From the IMG/VR virus record IMGVR_UViG_3300045391_005781: 51,153 bases of DNA. The stretch is one strand, 5' to 3'. A program made the position numbers and the translations under genes. Numbering within the stretch: position 1 is the stretch's first letter; each line of letters begins with the position of its first letter. The notes below the pieces were generated by a model. That model did no database searches. It saw only the letters and a program-made list of their open reading frames with translations, and was not told the origin of the DNA. Source of the DNA: a virus. This document shows, one piece after another, positions 49,847-51,153 of this stretch.

Positions 49847-49905
49847 ACGCCGTAACTGCACCGAGTTGCAGGAAAGCTCCATAGCTCATACGGCGTCGTT
49901 TCTCT
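49847..49905 (+). ncRNA. Candidate small RNA or bidirectional terminator. An 8-bp outer stem (acgccgta/tacggcgt) encloses two small hairpins and is followed by a U-rich tail.
   Basis: It starts about 8 nt after the -10 box. The inner stems are ctgca/tgcag and agct/agct. The tail is cgtttctctctt. Confidence 0.3.
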
Positions 49906-50104
49906 CTTGACGTTTCAAAAAAGACTTTGGCACTATATTTTTGGTGGCCGGATATTGTTGAACACTCGGGATCTTTCAGAATTGTTGCCTTTTCTAATTG
50001 ATGTTTGCTTTATCTGTCCACTCCATAAGTTGCGCTCAAAATACGTGCAACTCAGAAAGTATCTCGTCTTGAGGTGGATTTCTCTTTAAATCTGGCCATA
50101 GAGG

Positions 50105-51153
50105 CTATCCATACAATTTCATTTTTATCCTCATAGATGTATCTTCCATCTGTTGATCTGTTTGATTTGCGATCCATCCACTTAGGCTTAACCGAATTAA
50201 AGCTTGAGAAAAGGCATCAACAACATCTCGAGAATCTCCATTTGGAAACATAGCGCAGTTCTCAACAAGCATTTCGGAAGTACGTCGCAAAAAAGTAAAG
50301 TTCGGCGGTTTAGCAGCAACCCAAACGCGCCCAGATTCAATTAAAGGAGAGATCAGCTGTAAACGTTTGTCTTTTGCTTTCCCATCCCCAGGAAGCCTAT
50401 TAAATTGAGAAGGATCAAATCCAACCGCTGGTATGCCAGCGCGACGAAAATCCTGAATTAATGTATAGCCTGTCGCTTTACCTTCGATCAGCACCAACGA
50501 AGGTCTGTGTTTACCATCTGGTTGGACTTTAGTAACCCCATTATTTCGATAATCAAGATAAAATTCCTGCGCGATCTTTCGCAGTTCCGGATACTCCAAA
50601 CGGCCTTTCCAAAGATTTAATAAAACAACCTTGTAAACTTGGTTCTCATCTTGAAAAACACCGAGCGTTACACAAGCCGATGAGGCCGAATCCTTTGTTC
50701 CTAAAAAGGCTGTGTCCCACGATTGAATCACGAAAGATAGCTTTGGAGGATTTGCCTCTTTCCAAATCTGAAACCATTCCTTTTTTACCCATCCACCTCC
50801 TACAGGCGCCGGACGCTGTTGAAATTGACCCGCAATATTATATTCACTTCCCAAATCTTTCTTTTGTTTCTTAACCGCATCTTCTTTCCAATACTCAGGC
50901 CATAGTAATTCCCCCTCTTTTTTTCGGGGATCGCTCCATAGCGCTTCTCCAGTTGAAGAAAGCACCACAGTAGAACATCGACGAGATTCTTCAAATTCCA
51001 TCGGCAAACAAAGATGCACCCATCCATCTTCTTTTTCCTTTAGCAAATATCCCGTTACATCTTTTTCGCTTATTCTTTGCTGAACATTCACCATGACGTT
51101 TGTCTCGGGATTATTTTTACGAGATGACCACGTCCCAGAAAACCAATCAATTG
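50105..51153 (-). CDS. terL: Terminase large subunit, C-terminal nuclease part (continues from 668->1 through the overlap)
   Basis: ORF 50105..51094 starts MVNVQQRIS, identical to the end of the 1-668 reading frame. FVIQSWDTAF...LVLIEGKATGYTL...DVVDAF fits an RNase-H-like terminase nuclease. Confidence 0.85.
   Translation of the reverse strand, partial: IDWFSGTWSSRKNNPETNVMVNVQQRISEKDVTGYLLKEKEDGWVHLCLPMEFEESRRCSTVVLSSTGEALWSDPRKKEGELLWPEYWKEDAVKKQKKDLGSEYNIAGQFQQRPAPVGGGWVKKEWFQIWKEANPPKLSFVIQSWDTAFLGTKDSASSACVTLGVFQDENQVYKVVLLNLWKGRLEYPELRKIAQEFYLDYRNNGVTKVQPDGKHRPSLVLIEGKATGYTLIQDFRRAGIPAVGFDPSQFNRLPGDGKAKDKRLQLISPLIESGRVWVAAKPPNFTFLRRTSEMLVENCAMFPNGDSRDVVDAFSQALIRLSLSGWIANQTDQQMEDTSMRIKMKLYG
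51084..51153 (+). repeat. Terminal overlap, copy 2 (identical to 1-70)
   Basis: Direct comparison with bases 1-70 shows a perfect match. Confidence 0.95.

Larger units (their letters stand above)
1..51153. mobile_element. Whole window is one temperate, podovirus-like tailed-phage genome, circularly closed or terminally redundant; unique length 51083 bp
   Basis: Bases 1-70 equal 51084-51153, and the overlap lies inside the terminase ORF with the frame continuous across the junction. Packaging, head, fibre, ejection, replication and integration genes are all present. No tape measure, sheath or tube gene was seen. Confidence 0.8.

Noticed and set aside
49907-50089. Plus-strand 60-aa ORF between terL and the secreted-protein gene
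   Set aside because: It has only a TTG start, no ATG anywhere and no SD. It lies in a structured non-coding gap.

Overview
The window is one apparently complete tailed-phage genome of about 51.1 kb. It is temperate and podovirus-like, and the host is AT-rich, Gram-negative and probably alphaproteobacterial.

Closure: bases 1-70 are identical to 51084-51153. The overlap lies inside the large-terminase ORF, whose reading frame is continuous across the junction. The sequence therefore closes on itself, with a unique length of 51083 bp.

Layout:
- 0.8-6.4 kb: very AT-rich rightward block of small 'early' ORFs, interrupted by about 1 kb of non-coding DNA at 1.6-2.6 kb.
- 6.5-9.8 kb: mosaic accessory segment. 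It holds an HTH protein, two tail-anchored membrane proteins and an Omp25/31-like outer-membrane protein gene with its own terminator.
- 10.0-10.8 kb: XRE-type regulator plus a zinc-ribbon protein.
- 10.9-16.7 kb (minus strand): replication and recombination module. It contains VRR-NUC, a Cas4-like exonuclease, an SSB-like protein ending in DDIPF, a Sak4/AAA_24-like ATPase, a prim-pol/helicase and an excisionase-like HTH protein.
- 16.8-22.9 kb: cargo and integration island. It contains tRNA-Asn, a degenerate tRNA-Tyr-like gene, an MHS-type MFS transporter, a P4-type tyrosine integrase, an Hfq homologue and an IbpA-like small heat-shock protein preceded by a ROSE-like RNA thermometer.
- 22.9-51.1 kb, wrapping to 0.67 kb (minus strand): visibly more G+C-rich virion module. 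It contains ejection/internal proteins, adaptor-like proteins, at least six fibre-like genes, a cement-like protein, an HK97-type capsid, a scaffold-like protein, a GroES-like protein, a His-rich protein, the portal and TerL.

Not found: a tape measure, sheath or tube; a reverse transcriptase; a CRISPR array; a recognisable small terminase; a recognisable endolysin.

Most interesting observations:
- A phage-borne post-transcriptional kit: Hfq, a thermometer-controlled sHSP and orphan promoter-plus-hairpin units.
- Host-like cargo: an outer-membrane protein, a transporter and tRNAs.
- Repeat architectures suggesting an attP/operator site and cassette exchange.
- A modular multi-fibre arsenal.
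- A recurring basic 'x-G-G' motif shared by several virion proteins, including a protein of about 16% histidine.

All functional calls come from motif recognition by eye and from gene context. No database search was possible.
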